From NCBI GenBank assembly GCA_037442105.1, contig JBBIQV010000023.1, positions 1 to 47,465 on the forward strand: 47,465 nt of DNA, written 5' to 3'. The notes below the pieces were generated by a model. That model was not told the origin of the DNA and did no database searches. It saw only the letters and a list, made by a program, of their open reading frames with translations. Below, in pieces: positions 29,671 through 40,622 of the stretch. A program made the translations under genes and the position numbers. Numbering within the stretch: position 1 is the stretch's first letter; the number at the start of each line of letters is the position of its first letter. This DNA is from Nitrospiraceae bacterium (lineage in GTDB: Bacteria > Nitrospirota > Nitrospiria > Nitrospirales > Nitrospiraceae).

Positions 29671-30168
29671 TCACCGGGACGGACGGATGTCGATCATGTA
29701 ATTGTCGGCATCAAGCTCGATCGTGACCGGCTTGCCTTCCTGCATCACAGATAGCTTACTGCCGGCGAGGGTGTCCACCTCAAAGCTGACATCTCCTTCC
29801 GGAGTAGAAAGCTGAATCTCGCCCCAATAAGGGTCGGCGTAGCGAAGGGTGCCGGCGACCATCCGATGTTGGCCAAAAGACCGACCGGCCAGTGCAGCGT
29901 CAAGCAACTGGTTTCCGGAGTCCACCAGCATGTTGACCGCATCTCCGATTCTTGCGTCGTGCAATCCCAGCCGATCCGCTTTCTTCTGGCTGATCCATCG
30001 AGGCCGCAGGGTGTCCGTCTTGACAAAGAGCAGGCCCGAATCGATCTTGTAGATCACCCCGCTGAATTCGTAATGCCCACCTGGCTCACCAACCTGTCCA
30101 GCGCCCGCCGGCGCCACAAGAAACAGAGCCGCCGCAACTGCCAGCAGGAAATAGAGTGTGTATCGCAT
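29671..30168 (-). CDS. Secreted hypothetical protein, probably two OB-fold-like repeats
   Basis: Signal peptide; two similar halves (SGVIYKID...GDAVNMLVD; AGTLRYAD...GKPVTIELD); SD before ATG 30168. Confidence 0.65.
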   Translation of the reverse strand: MRYTLYFLLAVAAALFLVAPAGAGQVGEPGGHYEFSGVIYKIDSGLLFVKTDTLRPRWISQKKADRLGLHDARIGDAVNMLVDSGNQLLDAALAGRSFGQHRMVAGTLRYADPYWGEIQLSTPEGDVSFEVDTLAGSKLSVMQEGKPVTIELDADNYMIDIRPSR

Positions 30169-30287
30169 ACCCTCACCTTCCTTTCTCATCCTTTATTCTA
30201 TCTATGATCTATCTATCCAACGACCACCGAGACCGGATACTCAACCCCGGTCACGGTGGTCGCCTCATGGCGCCCCATTCCAGGAAC

Positions 30288-30656
30288 TTAAAAACCTCCA
30301 GCCGGAGGTGCAGGGACGGAAATCCCATACTCCTGGATCGGTGTCACCATCAGCGCGAAATTGAAGAGTTCGTCGGCCGCCACATCGTGAATCCCGTGAT
30401 CCCGGTTCCGAAGCATCTTGAACCACTTACCCATCTCCGTCCTCACCGTCCGTTGATCACCTCGGTTCAACGCCTCACGCACAAGCGTCAACTCACCCAG
30501 ATAGGGTTCCCAGTTGGAGGTGGGGTAGTTGGTTTTGTAAAAGACGACCGAGTTGGTGAGCTCATCGATCCAGTTTGCTTGAGCTACCGCGAGGCCCCCC
30601 GCAAGCAAGACCAATGCGCAACCAACCGCGATGACCATCCCAAGTGTTGCTTTCAT
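30288..30656 (-). CDS. Small secreted helical protein, paralog A
   Basis: SD GAGGAGG; signal peptide; shares the NWxDELxN..FYKTxYP...HGIxDVAADEL domain with 31240..31725. Confidence 0.75.
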   Translation of the reverse strand: MKATLGMVIAVGCALVLLAGGLAVAQANWIDELTNSVVFYKTNYPTSNWEPYLGELTLVREALNRGDQRTVRTEMGKWFKMLRNRDHGIHDVAADELFNFALMVTPIQEYGISVPAPPAGGF

Positions 30657-30706
30657 GGTGGCCTCCTCTCCGCCATTGCGAAGCACCTGCGGGAACCGGC
30701 TCCCGG

Positions 30707-31039
30707 CTAGAAGGAAACCGTGGACTGACTGTCAGACTCCCTGGCATTCTCAAAGTCGGCTCGATCAGGGACCCTCAAGTGTTTCAGATCCATTTCAATA
30801 ATCTCCTCGGTCTCCGGCGCCTTCATCGGCCTCTCTATTCCCTTCCCCAGTTCGCCGGGCAGGGTTTCGCCTTTTCCTCCGGTCGCCTCTTGTCCCCCTG
30901 GTCCTTTCATCTCCGTCTGTGGACCGATCGCCTTCTCCACTGGCTGATCCGCAGCGAGCGCGAATGGGCCAGCCATGAAAATCATCACCGCAAGCCCCGC
31001 GATCGCGAGCGCCCCGCTTATCAATAGATGTCGTCTCAT
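30707..31039 (-). CDS. Small secreted low-complexity protein
   Basis: SD AAGGAGG; signal peptide MRRHLLISGALAIAG...ALA; Gly/Glu-rich mature part. Confidence 0.65.
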   Translation of the reverse strand: MRRHLLISGALAIAGLAVMIFMAGPFALAADQPVEKAIGPQTEMKGPGGQEATGGKGETLPGELGKGIERPMKAPETEEIIEMDLKHLRVPDRADFENARESDSQSTVSF

Positions 31040-31110
31040 CGCTCTACCTCCTTGCTTGATCAGAGTGAACGACCCCTCTTTTGGGCTGGTGCCTTGCACT
31101 CACCGATTAC

Positions 31111-31185
31111 GGGCGCTATCCTACGGAGCGTACTGAGCAAAACCTATCACCGGAAGGATGGATTTTGCCTACATCATTCGGGTGA
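31111..31185 (-). promoter_or_regulatory. Regulated promoter, copy 1 (-10 TAGGAT plus bipartite operator)
   Basis: gggcgctatc at 31111; operator tcaccggaaggatggattttgcctacatcattcgggtga at 31147-31185; same spacing as copy 2. Confidence 0.6.
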
Positions 31186-31239
31186 GGGCCGCTCATTCTC
31201 GATCTGCTCCGCGGACCTTGCAAAATCCCTCTCCTTCGG

Positions 31240-31725
31240 TCATGCGGCACCGGGGTCAAACACGTCATTGATCCAGTAGTCGCAACCTTCGAGACCGCAG
31301 GGAGGTCCCCCTTCATACGGAGTGTTGATCGTGTGGTCCGGTACACTCATCGGCCTCTCGTTCACGATCCCGAGATCGATAGATGTAACCGTGGTCGACT
31401 CGTCGGTTGACCGAAGACTGAGCGCAAAGTTATACAACTCATCCGCGGCCACATCGTTGATGCCGTGCGCCCGACTGAGCAGCATCTTCAGAAAGTGATC
31501 CATCTCGACCTTCACAATCCGCTCGTCCCCGCGACCGATCCCCTCCCGGACTTTGGCCAGCCGATCAAAATAGGGCTCCCAATCGCCGGTCGGATAACTC
31601 GTCTTGTAGAAGGTGGCGGCGTTCGCGAGTTCGTCGGCCCAGTTTCCCGCAGCCAGAGCTGAGCCCCCGATCCACAGGCACACCGCCAAAGCGACGGTCA
31701 ACGCAATCGCTACTTTTGTGTTCAT
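31240..31725 (-). CDS. Small secreted helical protein, paralog B, with C-terminal CxxxxC tail
   Basis: SD GGGAGG; signal peptide; paralogous to 30288..30656; ends GPPCGLEGCDYW... Confidence 0.75.
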   Translation of the reverse strand: MNTKVAIALTVALAVCLWIGGSALAAGNWADELANAATFYKTSYPTGDWEPYFDRLAKVREGIGRGDERIVKVEMDHFLKMLLSRAHGINDVAADELYNFALSLRSTDESTTVTSIDLGIVNERPMSVPDHTINTPYEGGPPCGLEGCDYWINDVFDPGAA

Positions 31726-31936
31726 GGCTGCCTCCCTTCTCCACGTCCCCCGCATCATGCTTCCTCTTCGCGCGGCTGATCTCAACTCTTCAGGATCCTC
31801 CCCATCAATTGAAACGGCGCAACCCAAACCACCCCCTTATGACCCCCGAATCCTCATAGCCATATGGCCCTCACCCCCTCGGATCACAGGATCGAACGCC
31901 ACTGTCGGCTGAATCTCGCTTCGGCACCTGAACGAT

Positions 31937-32011
31937 GGGCGCTATCTTAGGCGGCGGATTCACAGACGGCCATTACCTGGAAGATAGTTTTTGCGTACAC
32001 CGTTCGGGTGA
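31937..32011 (-). promoter_or_regulatory. Regulated promoter, copy 2 (-10 TAAGAT plus bipartite operator)
   Basis: gggcgctatc at 31937; operator ttacctggaagatagtttttgcgtacaccgttcgggtga at 31973-32011, 30/39 identical to copy 1. Confidence 0.6.
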
Positions 32012-32026
32012 TGAAAAGACGCGAGG

Positions 32027-32671
32027 TTACTTGGCGTTGAGATAGGCGAGCACCGCCTCGACCCGGCCGGCGACGCCGAGCTTGCGGTAGATATGGTGAA
32101 GGTGGGTTTTTACAGTATCGGCAGAAACGCACAACTGATCGGCGATTTCCTTGTTGCCCAGGCCGGCGGCGGCATAGGCGAGAATTTCGCGTTCGCGGTC
32201 GGTCAACGAAGCGAGGCCGTCGCCTTCGTGCCCGCGTGCCCGGGCCATCGCCGTGACAGCAGCCTGCGCAAACCCGTCCGGCATGAAGGACGAGAGCACT
32301 CGCTCGCCCTTGTGCGTGCCACGGATGATCCGCAGGAATTCCTGATGGTCGGCATCCTTGAGAATATAGCCGCTGGCGCCGGCCTGCACCGCGGCCACAA
32401 TCCGCGCATCGTCGTCATGAACGGACAGCATCAGCACTTTGACTTCAGGCAGACAGCCGCGAATGAGACGCGTGGCGGTCACGCCATCGAGCTTGGGCAT
32501 ATCCACGTCCATGAGCACCATGTCCGGCTTGAGCTTCATGGTCAGATCGAAAGCCTCTCGGCCATCGGTAGCCTCCCCCACCACGACGAGGTCTCGCTCG
32601 CGCTCCAACAGCAGGCGGAGGCTTTGCCTGAAGAGTCGTTGATCTTCCGCGATCACGAGCGTGATCGGCAT
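32027..32671 (-). CDS. NarL/LuxR-family response regulator
   Basis: REC domain (AED, MDVDMP, GYILK) plus HTH LTDREREIL...NKEIA...TVKTH; SD AGGAGG. Confidence 0.93.
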   Translation of the reverse strand: MPITLVIAEDQRLFRQSLRLLLERERDLVVVGEATDGREAFDLTMKLKPDMVLMDVDMPKLDGVTATRLIRGCLPEVKVLMLSVHDDDARIVAAVQAGASGYILKDADHQEFLRIIRGTHKGERVLSSFMPDGFAQAAVTAMARARGHEGDGLASLTDREREILAYAAAGLGNKEIADQLCVSADTVKTHLHHIYRKLGVAGRVEAVLAYLNAK

Positions 32672-34956
32672 AGCGCCTCCTGCTCCAGCGGAAGCGCCAC
32701 CGTGAACCGCGCTCCCCCGCCAGGTCTGTTCGCCGCTCTGATGCGCCCGCGGTGGGCTTCGACCACCAGCCGGCAAAAATGCAGGCCGAGCCCGCGACCG
32801 ATCCGGAAATCGCGGGCATCTTTCTTCCGGAAAAACATCTCGAAGAGATGCGGCAGATCGCCGGGCTCCATCCCCGGCCCTTCATCCTCAACATGGATCA
32901 CCACCAACGGCCCATCCGCTTCGCCCCCCCCGGCTGCCGGGCTTCCGCCGCTTTCGCAGGACAGCCTGACGGTGATTTCCCCGTGCGGAGGAGAATACTT
33001 CAGGGCATTGTGCACAAGGTTCATCACCACACGCTGCAAACGCCGGCGATCCGCCGTCAGCAGTACGTCTTCTTCCGGCATATCCGGCCGGAGCACAACG
33101 CTTCGGGCTTCCGCTTCCGATCGGAACAGATGCAGCACTTCATGCAAAGCGGTGTTGACGGAGAAACGGGACGTCATCAACGGAAGGCCCGAATAGCTCT
33201 CCTGATAGACATCCAACATGTCGTTGATCATCCCGATCAGGAGATCCGTCGTGAATCGCAGATCCTTGCACCACCGGTCCAGGGGTTCGACCTGAACCTC
33301 CTGCCGCTGGCCCAACAACTCCAGCGTTTTCTTGATCCCGGCGAGCGGATTGCGAATGTCGTGAGCAAACATCGAGGCGAACTGACTGAGGGAGGCCAAC
33401 CGATCCGCTCGCAACAACTGCTGCTCAAGTTCTTTCTTTTCGGTGAGATCGCTCAATTGCATCATCACCGAGACCACCCGACCGGCTTTTTCCACCGGAA
33501 CCAGATCCACATCCATGATGAACTCGCCTCCTGCCGGAGCCGCCACATGCATTTCTCCCGCGGGCCTTTCTTTCCCGCTCCGGAACACTTCATCCAGAAG
33601 CTGCTGTAAGCGACCCCGATCCGGCTCGACAAACAACTCGATGACGGACGTCCCGCTCAACTCGTGCAATCGCCGCCAGAGTTTGATCTCGCCGCGGCGG
33701 TTCAAGTCGATGATTCTCCCATCGGCATCGACGAGCAACTTCGTATCGGCGGAGTGATTCCACAGCATCCGGTAATGCTCTTCCGATGTCGCGATCTCAC
33801 GGTTGGCCCGCTCCAACTCTTCCACGTGACGCTGGCGTTCCCGGGACGCCCGCTCCAACCGTTCCGCCAAGTCATCAAAACTAGCGGCCAACGCATCGAT
33901 CTCCACAATGCCGGCCGGACCATAGGCCGGAGGCACCTTAGAGAAGTCGGCTTGTCCCAACCATCGCACCCGTTCGACCAGCGCATTGATCGGCTGCACG
34001 ATGCGGCGGGCGAGGCGCCATCGAAGCAGCGCGACCACGGCGACCGCCAGAACCCCGAACGCTGCAAGCTTGTACATCAGCATGCGCAATGGGGCATAGG
34101 TTTCACCCGGATCTTGCCGTACCAGGATGTGCCAGGTTCCTTCCTGCACGATGCTCGGCCGGAGCGCCACGGATGCGATTCCGATGATCCCTCCTTCATG
34201 GCCGTGGGTGTCGTCCACCACCTCCAGCCACCGCGCTTCCGCAAGGCGGCGATCCGTTCCGACGAGAGAACCCAGCCAGGCGTTGGCGGAGGTATGCTCT
34301 GCCGGAGGAAGGATCGGACAAGCTAAGACAACACCCTGTACCCCCAACAACATCACGTGGCCGGTTTCTCCGATCCTGCTTCGCAAGACCGAATCGAACA
34401 GTTGATTCTTCTCAATGACGACCTTCAAAGCACCGAGGACGGTCTCTCCCTCACCGGCAATCGGCACCGCAACCTCCCAATACCCGTGACCGGCCTCGTC
34501 GATGCGCAGTTCCCCGGCCCAAGATCGCCGTTGCGCGAAGACCACCGGCCACCAAGGCTGCATGTTGTAATGGGTGCGCGTGGCTTCGCTGGTGACGCCG
34601 CCGACCGAGCGCCCCTGGCGATCGAGAATAACAATCGAGCGGAAATATCGGTGCTGCGCTTCCCTCCACCGCTGAAGCGCCGGCTGGTCGAAGGTGAGCC
34701 GGGTCCCCCCACGAACGGCATCGCGAACTTCTGGGAGATCGCTAAGCCGCTCCACCCATTCGATTTCCTTGTCCAAGATCAGCCCAACTTTGTCGGCGCT
34801 CTGGTGAGCGAGTTCCTGAAATGTGCGACCGATGGTCACGCGCAGAGACTGTTTGGCCTGCCAATAGGCATAGGTCAGACCGAATGCGCCGGAGAGCACA
34901 CCGATGGAGAGAACCGAGAGCGTGATCAAGCGCTGGAGGCTGACCCGCTTCCTCAT
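32653..34956 (-). CDS. Sensor histidine kinase (Cache-HAMP-PAS-HisKA-HATPase)
   Basis: 2 TM around a periplasmic Cache-like region, AHDIRNPL, NLVHNALKY, DEGPG, GLGL; start next to an assembly gap. Confidence 0.88.
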   Translation of the reverse strand: MRKRVSLQRLITLSVLSIGVLSGAFGLTYAYWQAKQSLRVTIGRTFQELAHQSADKVGLILDKEIEWVERLSDLPEVRDAVRGGTRLTFDQPALQRWREAQHRYFRSIVILDRQGRSVGGVTSEATRTHYNMQPWWPVVFAQRRSWAGELRIDEAGHGYWEVAVPIAGEGETVLGALKVVIEKNQLFDSVLRSRIGETGHVMLLGVQGVVLACPILPPAEHTSANAWLGSLVGTDRRLAEARWLEVVDDTHGHEGGIIGIASVALRPSIVQEGTWHILVRQDPGETYAPLRMLMYKLAAFGVLAVAVVALLRWRLARRIVQPINALVERVRWLGQADFSKVPPAYGPAGIVEIDALAASFDDLAERLERASRERQRHVEELERANREIATSEEHYRMLWNHSADTKLLVDADGRIIDLNRRGEIKLWRRLHELSGTSVIELFVEPDRGRLQQLLDEVFRSGKERPAGEMHVAAPAGGEFIMDVDLVPVEKAGRVVSVMMQLSDLTEKKELEQQLLRADRLASLSQFASMFAHDIRNPLAGIKKTLELLGQRQEVQVEPLDRWCKDLRFTTDLLIGMINDMLDVYQESYSGLPLMTSRFSVNTALHEVLHLFRSEAEARSVVLRPDMPEEDVLLTADRRRLQRVVMNLVHNALKYSPPHGEITVRLSCESGGSPAAGGGEADGPLVVIHVEDEGPGMEPGDLPHLFEMFFRKKDARDFRIGRGLGLHFCRLVVEAHRGRIRAANRPGGGARFTVALPLEQEALCRSRS

Positions 34957-35077
34957 GGTACACGGGAGGGTGAGAANNNNNNNNNNNNNNNNNNNNNNNN
35001 NNNNNNNNNNNNNNNNNNNNNNNNNNNNNNNNNNNNNNNNNNNNNNNNNNNNNNNNNNNNNNNNNNNNNNNNNNNNG

Positions 35078-35641
35078 CCTCGCGAACAACTGATTCCGAT
35101 ACTCGGCGTCACCATGGGCTCCCAAGCCATAGGAACCGTCGCGTACGTGATAGCCACGTTCGAAACGCGACCGGATGTCTCAGGCCTCGCCGTCCAATTC
35201 AAGAATTCGCCTGGACGCTTCTCCCGTATGGCCCAAACCTCCATCGAGCAGGCGATCCGCCGCACCGCCCGTTCCTTGAACTTGTCGACCGATTCCTGGA
35301 CCGTAGTCCTCTCCGTCCCCTATCCCGACCTCACAATCTATGGGGAGAGCCTCTCCGCAATGGTAGGTTTGAGCGTGGCCGCCATGGCAACGGATCGGCC
35401 CATCGCTCCCGGCCACGTCATGACGGGCACGATCACGCCGGACGGACGGATCGGCGCCGTCGGTTCTGTTCCATTGAAAATCACCGCGGCCGGTCGGGCA
35501 CACCTGCGCCGCGTGTTGGTTCCGGAGCAGCAGGACACCACCGACGGAGACTGGCAGACCCCGTTTCTGATGCAAGTCTCCCCGGTCGGCTCCGTCAATC
35601 AGGCGTTCGACGAATTGACCGGCACATCTTCCACTCCCTGA
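35078..35641 (+). CDS. Lon-like S16 protease domain protein (5' end lost in gap)
   Basis: IYGESLSA (Ser), MTGTI.PDGRIGAVGSVPLKI (Lys): Ser-Lys dyad context. Confidence 0.7.
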   Translation, partial: PREQLIPILGVTMGSQAIGTVAYVIATFETRPDVSGLAVQFKNSPGRFSRMAQTSIEQAIRRTARSLNLSTDSWTVVLSVPYPDLTIYGESLSAMVGLSVAAMATDRPIAPGHVMTGTITPDGRIGAVGSVPLKITAAGRAHLRRVLVPEQQDTTDGDWQTPFLMQVSPVGSVNQAFDELTGTSSTP

Positions 35642-35666
35642 AAATCGTCCCTCCAACACCATGCAA

Positions 35667-38099
35667 CTACCGGAGATCCACGATCGTGATCCCATCGCCT
35701 CCTTCGGCTCGTTCCCCTGCTCGGAACGCAGCCACGTACGGCGAATCTTTCAGGTACTCCCGGAGGGCGCCCTTCAATCGTCCCGTGCCATGTCCATGAA
35801 TGATCCGCAACGACGGCATGCCGGCAAGCGTGGCTCGATCGAGCGCGGCGACGAGGAGATCGAGCGCCTCTTCCGCCGTTTTCCCTCGCACGTCCGTCAG
35901 TGATTCCGTGTCCAGCTCGCCCGGTCTCAGTATCGAGCGGTGGGACGCGACCGGCTTCGCGGAAGAGGGCTTGTCGGGCAGCGTCGGGGACGACCCTGCA
36001 ATCCCCACTAATCCTGCGACTGTTGCGAGAATCTCCCCTTCTCCCACCTTCACGCGTACGCGCTTTTTGCCTTGCGGAACCTCCAACAGTGTCCCCACCA
36101 TGCCCAGGCCGCTGATCTCCACCAGATCTCCCACCACCAACGCCTCAACCGGCTTACGCTCGACGGGCGGCGACAGCTCGGCACGGGCCTGCGTTTCCAG
36201 TTCGACGAGCCGCTGCTTGGCGTCCTTGGCCTTGAGGAGTGTTCGCTCCTGCTTGAGACTGTCGATGGTCGCCTGGACTTCGGCCCGAGCGCGCAGGAAC
36301 TCGTCGGTGAGCTTTCGTTTGATCCCCTTCCGTTCCTCCCGCTCCGCCCCCTGCAATCGCGTCAGCAGCTCCTGGGCTTCCCGCGCCGACCGTTCGGCCT
36401 CCGCACGAGCCAACGCCAACCGATCTCCCTCTTCTGCCAATCGACGCTGTTTCTGATGTAGATCGTTCAGCAAGTGGTCGAGCGCGCGATCATCCGTGTG
36501 GAGCCGGCGCTGCGCATCCTCCAGAATCGATTCCTCCATGCCCAACCGCCCGGCGATTTCAATGGCCGACGACCCGCCGGGCGTGCCCATAAACAGCCGG
36601 TACGTCGGAGAAAGGGTATGCACGTCGAACTCGACGCTGGCATTGGCAAACCCGGGCGTCGTTTGAGCGAGCACTTTCAGGGCCGTATAGTGGGTCGTTG
36701 CCACCACCTTCATCCGGAGTTGTGCCAGACGAGCGAGCAACGCCTCGGCCAGTGCGGCGCCCTCCGCCGGGTCTGTAGAAGTCACCGGTTCATCGAGCAG
36801 CGCCAAGGCGGTGGTCGGCCGCTCTGCTGCGTCATCGAGCTGCCGGGCTGCTTCGGCATCCCTCAGTAGATCGATCATGTGGACGATGTGCGCAGAGAAA
36901 CTCGAGAGGTCCCTCGCGAGGTCCTGTGCGTCACCGATATCCGCGTAGACGGCCGAGAAGACCGCCATCTCGGACTCCGGCTCGCATGGCAGGTGCAACC
37001 CCGCCCGAACCATCAAGGCGAACAGACCGAGAATCTTCAACGTGACCGTCTTGCCTCCGGTGTTCGGCCCGGAAATCACCAGCACCCGTACGGTTTCGTC
37101 GAAGAAGATGTCGTTGGGCACCACCCGCTCTTTCGTCAGAACCAGCAGGGGGTGGCGCGCTTGCTTCAGCATGATACGCCCACGATCGTTCAGAGCGACC
37201 GGATTCCCCTTGATCCGCGCACTGAGCTCGGCTTTGGCCGCAATGCAGTCCAACTCCGCCAGCCCATCGAGCGCCGTCAGCAGCGCATCGGCCTGCCCGG
37301 CCACCAGATCCGTCAACTCCCGCAAGATCCGGCGCACTTCCCGCTCGACTTCCAGTTCCGCCACCTTAATCGCGTTGTTCAACTCCACCAGTTCGCGAGG
37401 CTCCAGAAACACCGTTGCTCCGCTGGCTGACACATCATGAACGATGCCGGGAATTCGCCCTTGCATCTCCGCCTTCACCGGAACCACGTAGCGGCCTTCC
37501 CGTTGGGCGAAGTAGGACTCTTGCAGAACTTCAGCATAGCGCCGGGATTGTAGAATCTGCTCAAGCCGGTGCCGCATGGTCTGCTTCAGATCGTGCGCAT
37601 GGTGGGTGAGGCGCCGCAATTCCGGTGTCGCCGAGTCCTTCATTGAGCCATCAGGTTCAATCGCCGCATCCAGGGCTTCCTTCAGCCGACGGAACTCCAC
37701 GATCCCGATAAGCGGCTGCGCCGTTATATGAAGCGCCGGGGCGTCGTGCCGGTGCCGATTAAGGTGGCGCCGCACCTCCTCCGCCTGTCCGAGCACTACC
37801 GAGCAATCACGAAGCTCGTGGGACTCCATCGGCGCGCCCTTAACCGCCCGCATAAGCGGCTCCCGCAGGTCCGGAAAGGACAGAGCAGGAAAGGGATCCG
37901 TCCCGGCCCGCAAGTTCACCATCTCGGTGGTTTCATCAAGCTTCTGCCGCGCCGATTCGAGCGTCGCATCTCCACGCAAGGCCCGGCAACGTTCGGCCCC
38001 CATGCCGGACCGCGCGGAGGAGGCCACAACCTCGATGAGTTTGTGCCACTCCAACACCCTGACCGCAACGGATTCGAGCGTCTCGCGTTCCATCGCCAT
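35667..38099 (-). CDS. mutS2: Endonuclease MutS2
   Basis: GIVHDVSASGATVFLEP, GPNTGGKT, LSSFSAH, LLDE, TTHY, C-terminal Smr IIHGHGTG. Confidence 0.93.
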   Translation of the reverse strand: MAMERETLESVAVRVLEWHKLIEVVASSARSGMGAERCRALRGDATLESARQKLDETTEMVNLRAGTDPFPALSFPDLREPLMRAVKGAPMESHELRDCSVVLGQAEEVRRHLNRHRHDAPALHITAQPLIGIVEFRRLKEALDAAIEPDGSMKDSATPELRRLTHHAHDLKQTMRHRLEQILQSRRYAEVLQESYFAQREGRYVVPVKAEMQGRIPGIVHDVSASGATVFLEPRELVELNNAIKVAELEVEREVRRILRELTDLVAGQADALLTALDGLAELDCIAAKAELSARIKGNPVALNDRGRIMLKQARHPLLVLTKERVVPNDIFFDETVRVLVISGPNTGGKTVTLKILGLFALMVRAGLHLPCEPESEMAVFSAVYADIGDAQDLARDLSSFSAHIVHMIDLLRDAEAARQLDDAAERPTTALALLDEPVTSTDPAEGAALAEALLARLAQLRMKVVATTHYTALKVLAQTTPGFANASVEFDVHTLSPTYRLFMGTPGGSSAIEIAGRLGMEESILEDAQRRLHTDDRALDHLLNDLHQKQRRLAEEGDRLALARAEAERSAREAQELLTRLQGAEREERKGIKRKLTDEFLRARAEVQATIDSLKQERTLLKAKDAKQRLVELETQARAELSPPVERKPVEALVVGDLVEISGLGMVGTLLEVPQGKKRVRVKVGEGEILATVAGLVGIAGSSPTLPDKPSSAKPVASHRSILRPGELDTESLTDVRGKTAEEALDLLVAALDRATLAGMPSLRIIHGHGTGRLKGALREYLKDSPYVAAFRAGERAEGGDGITIVDLR

Positions 38100-38273
38100 G
38101 TTTGCTGACCAACTCCCTAGCCCGTCCACGCCTCCTTCGCCTCGGCACGAACGGCAAGGTCGGACAGGCTCCCAACAGGACTCTACAGAACCGGGCGAAC
38201 CCACGCAAGGTGACGCAGCCGATTTGTGCGGTGCCCCCGCCAAACAGCCGCGTGCTTGTTTCGTTGTCTCATC

Positions 38274-38302
38274 TTGACAAGAAATAGGGCCCTCGATACT
38301 AT
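38274..38302 (+). promoter_or_regulatory. Putative sigma70 promoter for the gap operon
   Basis: TTGACA-17-TACTAT. Confidence 0.55.
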
Positions 38303-38345
38303 CCGGCGCGTAGGCCGGTGATGGAAACCGGCTTGTTTTTTATAG

Positions 38346-39362
<1,017 letters not shown>

Positions 39363-39378
39363 GCGTTCGGGATCGTGC

Positions 39379-40578
39379 ATGAACCTGCACAAGCAAACCA
39401 TCGAGGACGTCCAACTGTACGGCAAGCGGGTCATCATTCGTGCCGACTTCAATGTCCCGCTGGATGACTCCCTTCAGATCACCGACGACACCCGCATCCG
39501 CTCCACCCTTCCGACGATCAACCGCGCCGTGGATGACGGCGCCAAGGTCATTCTCTGTTCACACCTGGGACGGCCGAAGGGAACATTCGACCCCAAGTAC
39601 AGCTTGGCACCGGTCGCGAGACGGCTGGGGCGCCTCCTCGGGAAAAGCGTGACGTTTGCTCACGACTGCATCGGACCGGAGGTCGAGAAGCTGGTCGAAA
39701 AGTTGGCCCCCGGCGACGTCCTCCTGCTCGAAAATCTGCGCTTCCATGCGGGCGAGGAACAGAACGACGACGCCTTCTCCAAGGCACTGGCCTCGCTCGG
39801 CGATGTCTACATCAACGATGCGTTCGGCGCCGCACATCGGACGCACGCCTCGACGGTCGGCATCACGAAGTTCATCAAGACGTCCGCCGCCGGCTATCTC
39901 TTGAAAAAAGAAATCGAGTACCTGGAAGGCGCGGTAGCCAATCCGGTTCGCCCCTTCGTAGCCGTCCTGGGCGGCGCGAAGGTGTCGGGAAAGATCGGCG
40001 TGATCGAAAACCTGGGCAAGCGGGTGGACAAGGTCATCATCGGCGGCGGCATGGCGTTCACGTTCCTCAAAGCCATGAGGCTGGAGATCGGCAACTCGCT
40101 GGTCGAGAATGACATGCTGGATTTTGCGAAGGGCGTTCAAGATCACGCCTTCCAGAGCGGAGTGAAATTCTACTTGCCCGTGGACTGCGTCGTGGCGGCC
40201 AGCCGCGAGCCGGGCGCCGAAACCAAGATCGTCCCGGTGCAAGAAATCCCCAAGGGCTGGTACGCGCTGGACATTGGACCGGCCTCGGTGAAACTGTTCG
40301 CCGAAGTCGTGCAGAACGCCAAGACGATCCTCTGGAACGGCCCGATGGGCGTCTTCGAAATCGACGCCTATGCCCGCGGCACTCTGGCCATGGCGCACGC
40401 CGTTGCAGACGCCTATGCCTTGACGATCGTCGGAGGCGGGGAGACGGCGTTGGCCGTCCATCGCGCGGGCGAATCCGAAAACATCTCCTTCATTTCGACG
40501 GGCGGCGGAGCCGCGATCGAGCTGCTGGAAGGAAAAACGCTTCCTGGTCTGGCCGCCCTCCCCAACCGCGCAACTTGA
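39379..40578 (+). CDS. pgk: Phosphoglycerate kinase
   Basis: RADFNVP, SHLGRP, LLENLRF, GGAKVSGK, WNGPMGVFE, STGGGA. Confidence 0.98.
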   Translation: MNLHKQTIEDVQLYGKRVIIRADFNVPLDDSLQITDDTRIRSTLPTINRAVDDGAKVILCSHLGRPKGTFDPKYSLAPVARRLGRLLGKSVTFAHDCIGPEVEKLVEKLAPGDVLLLENLRFHAGEEQNDDAFSKALASLGDVYINDAFGAAHRTHASTVGITKFIKTSAAGYLLKKEIEYLEGAVANPVRPFVAVLGGAKVSGKIGVIENLGKRVDKVIIGGGMAFTFLKAMRLEIGNSLVENDMLDFAKGVQDHAFQSGVKFYLPVDCVVAASREPGAETKIVPVQEIPKGWYALDIGPASVKLFAEVVQNAKTILWNGPMGVFEIDAYARGTLAMAHAVADAYALTIVGGGETALAVHRAGESENISFISTGGGAAIELLEGKTLPGLAALPNRAT

Positions 40579-40622
40579 TCGATCACTATCGCGCGACGGT
40601 ACACCCGGCTTCCACAAACACC

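Noticed and set aside
34957..35265. 870-aa kinase ORF spanning the N-run
   Set aside because: Artifact of reading through the assembly gap; the region after the gap encodes the Lon-C protein on the opposite strand.
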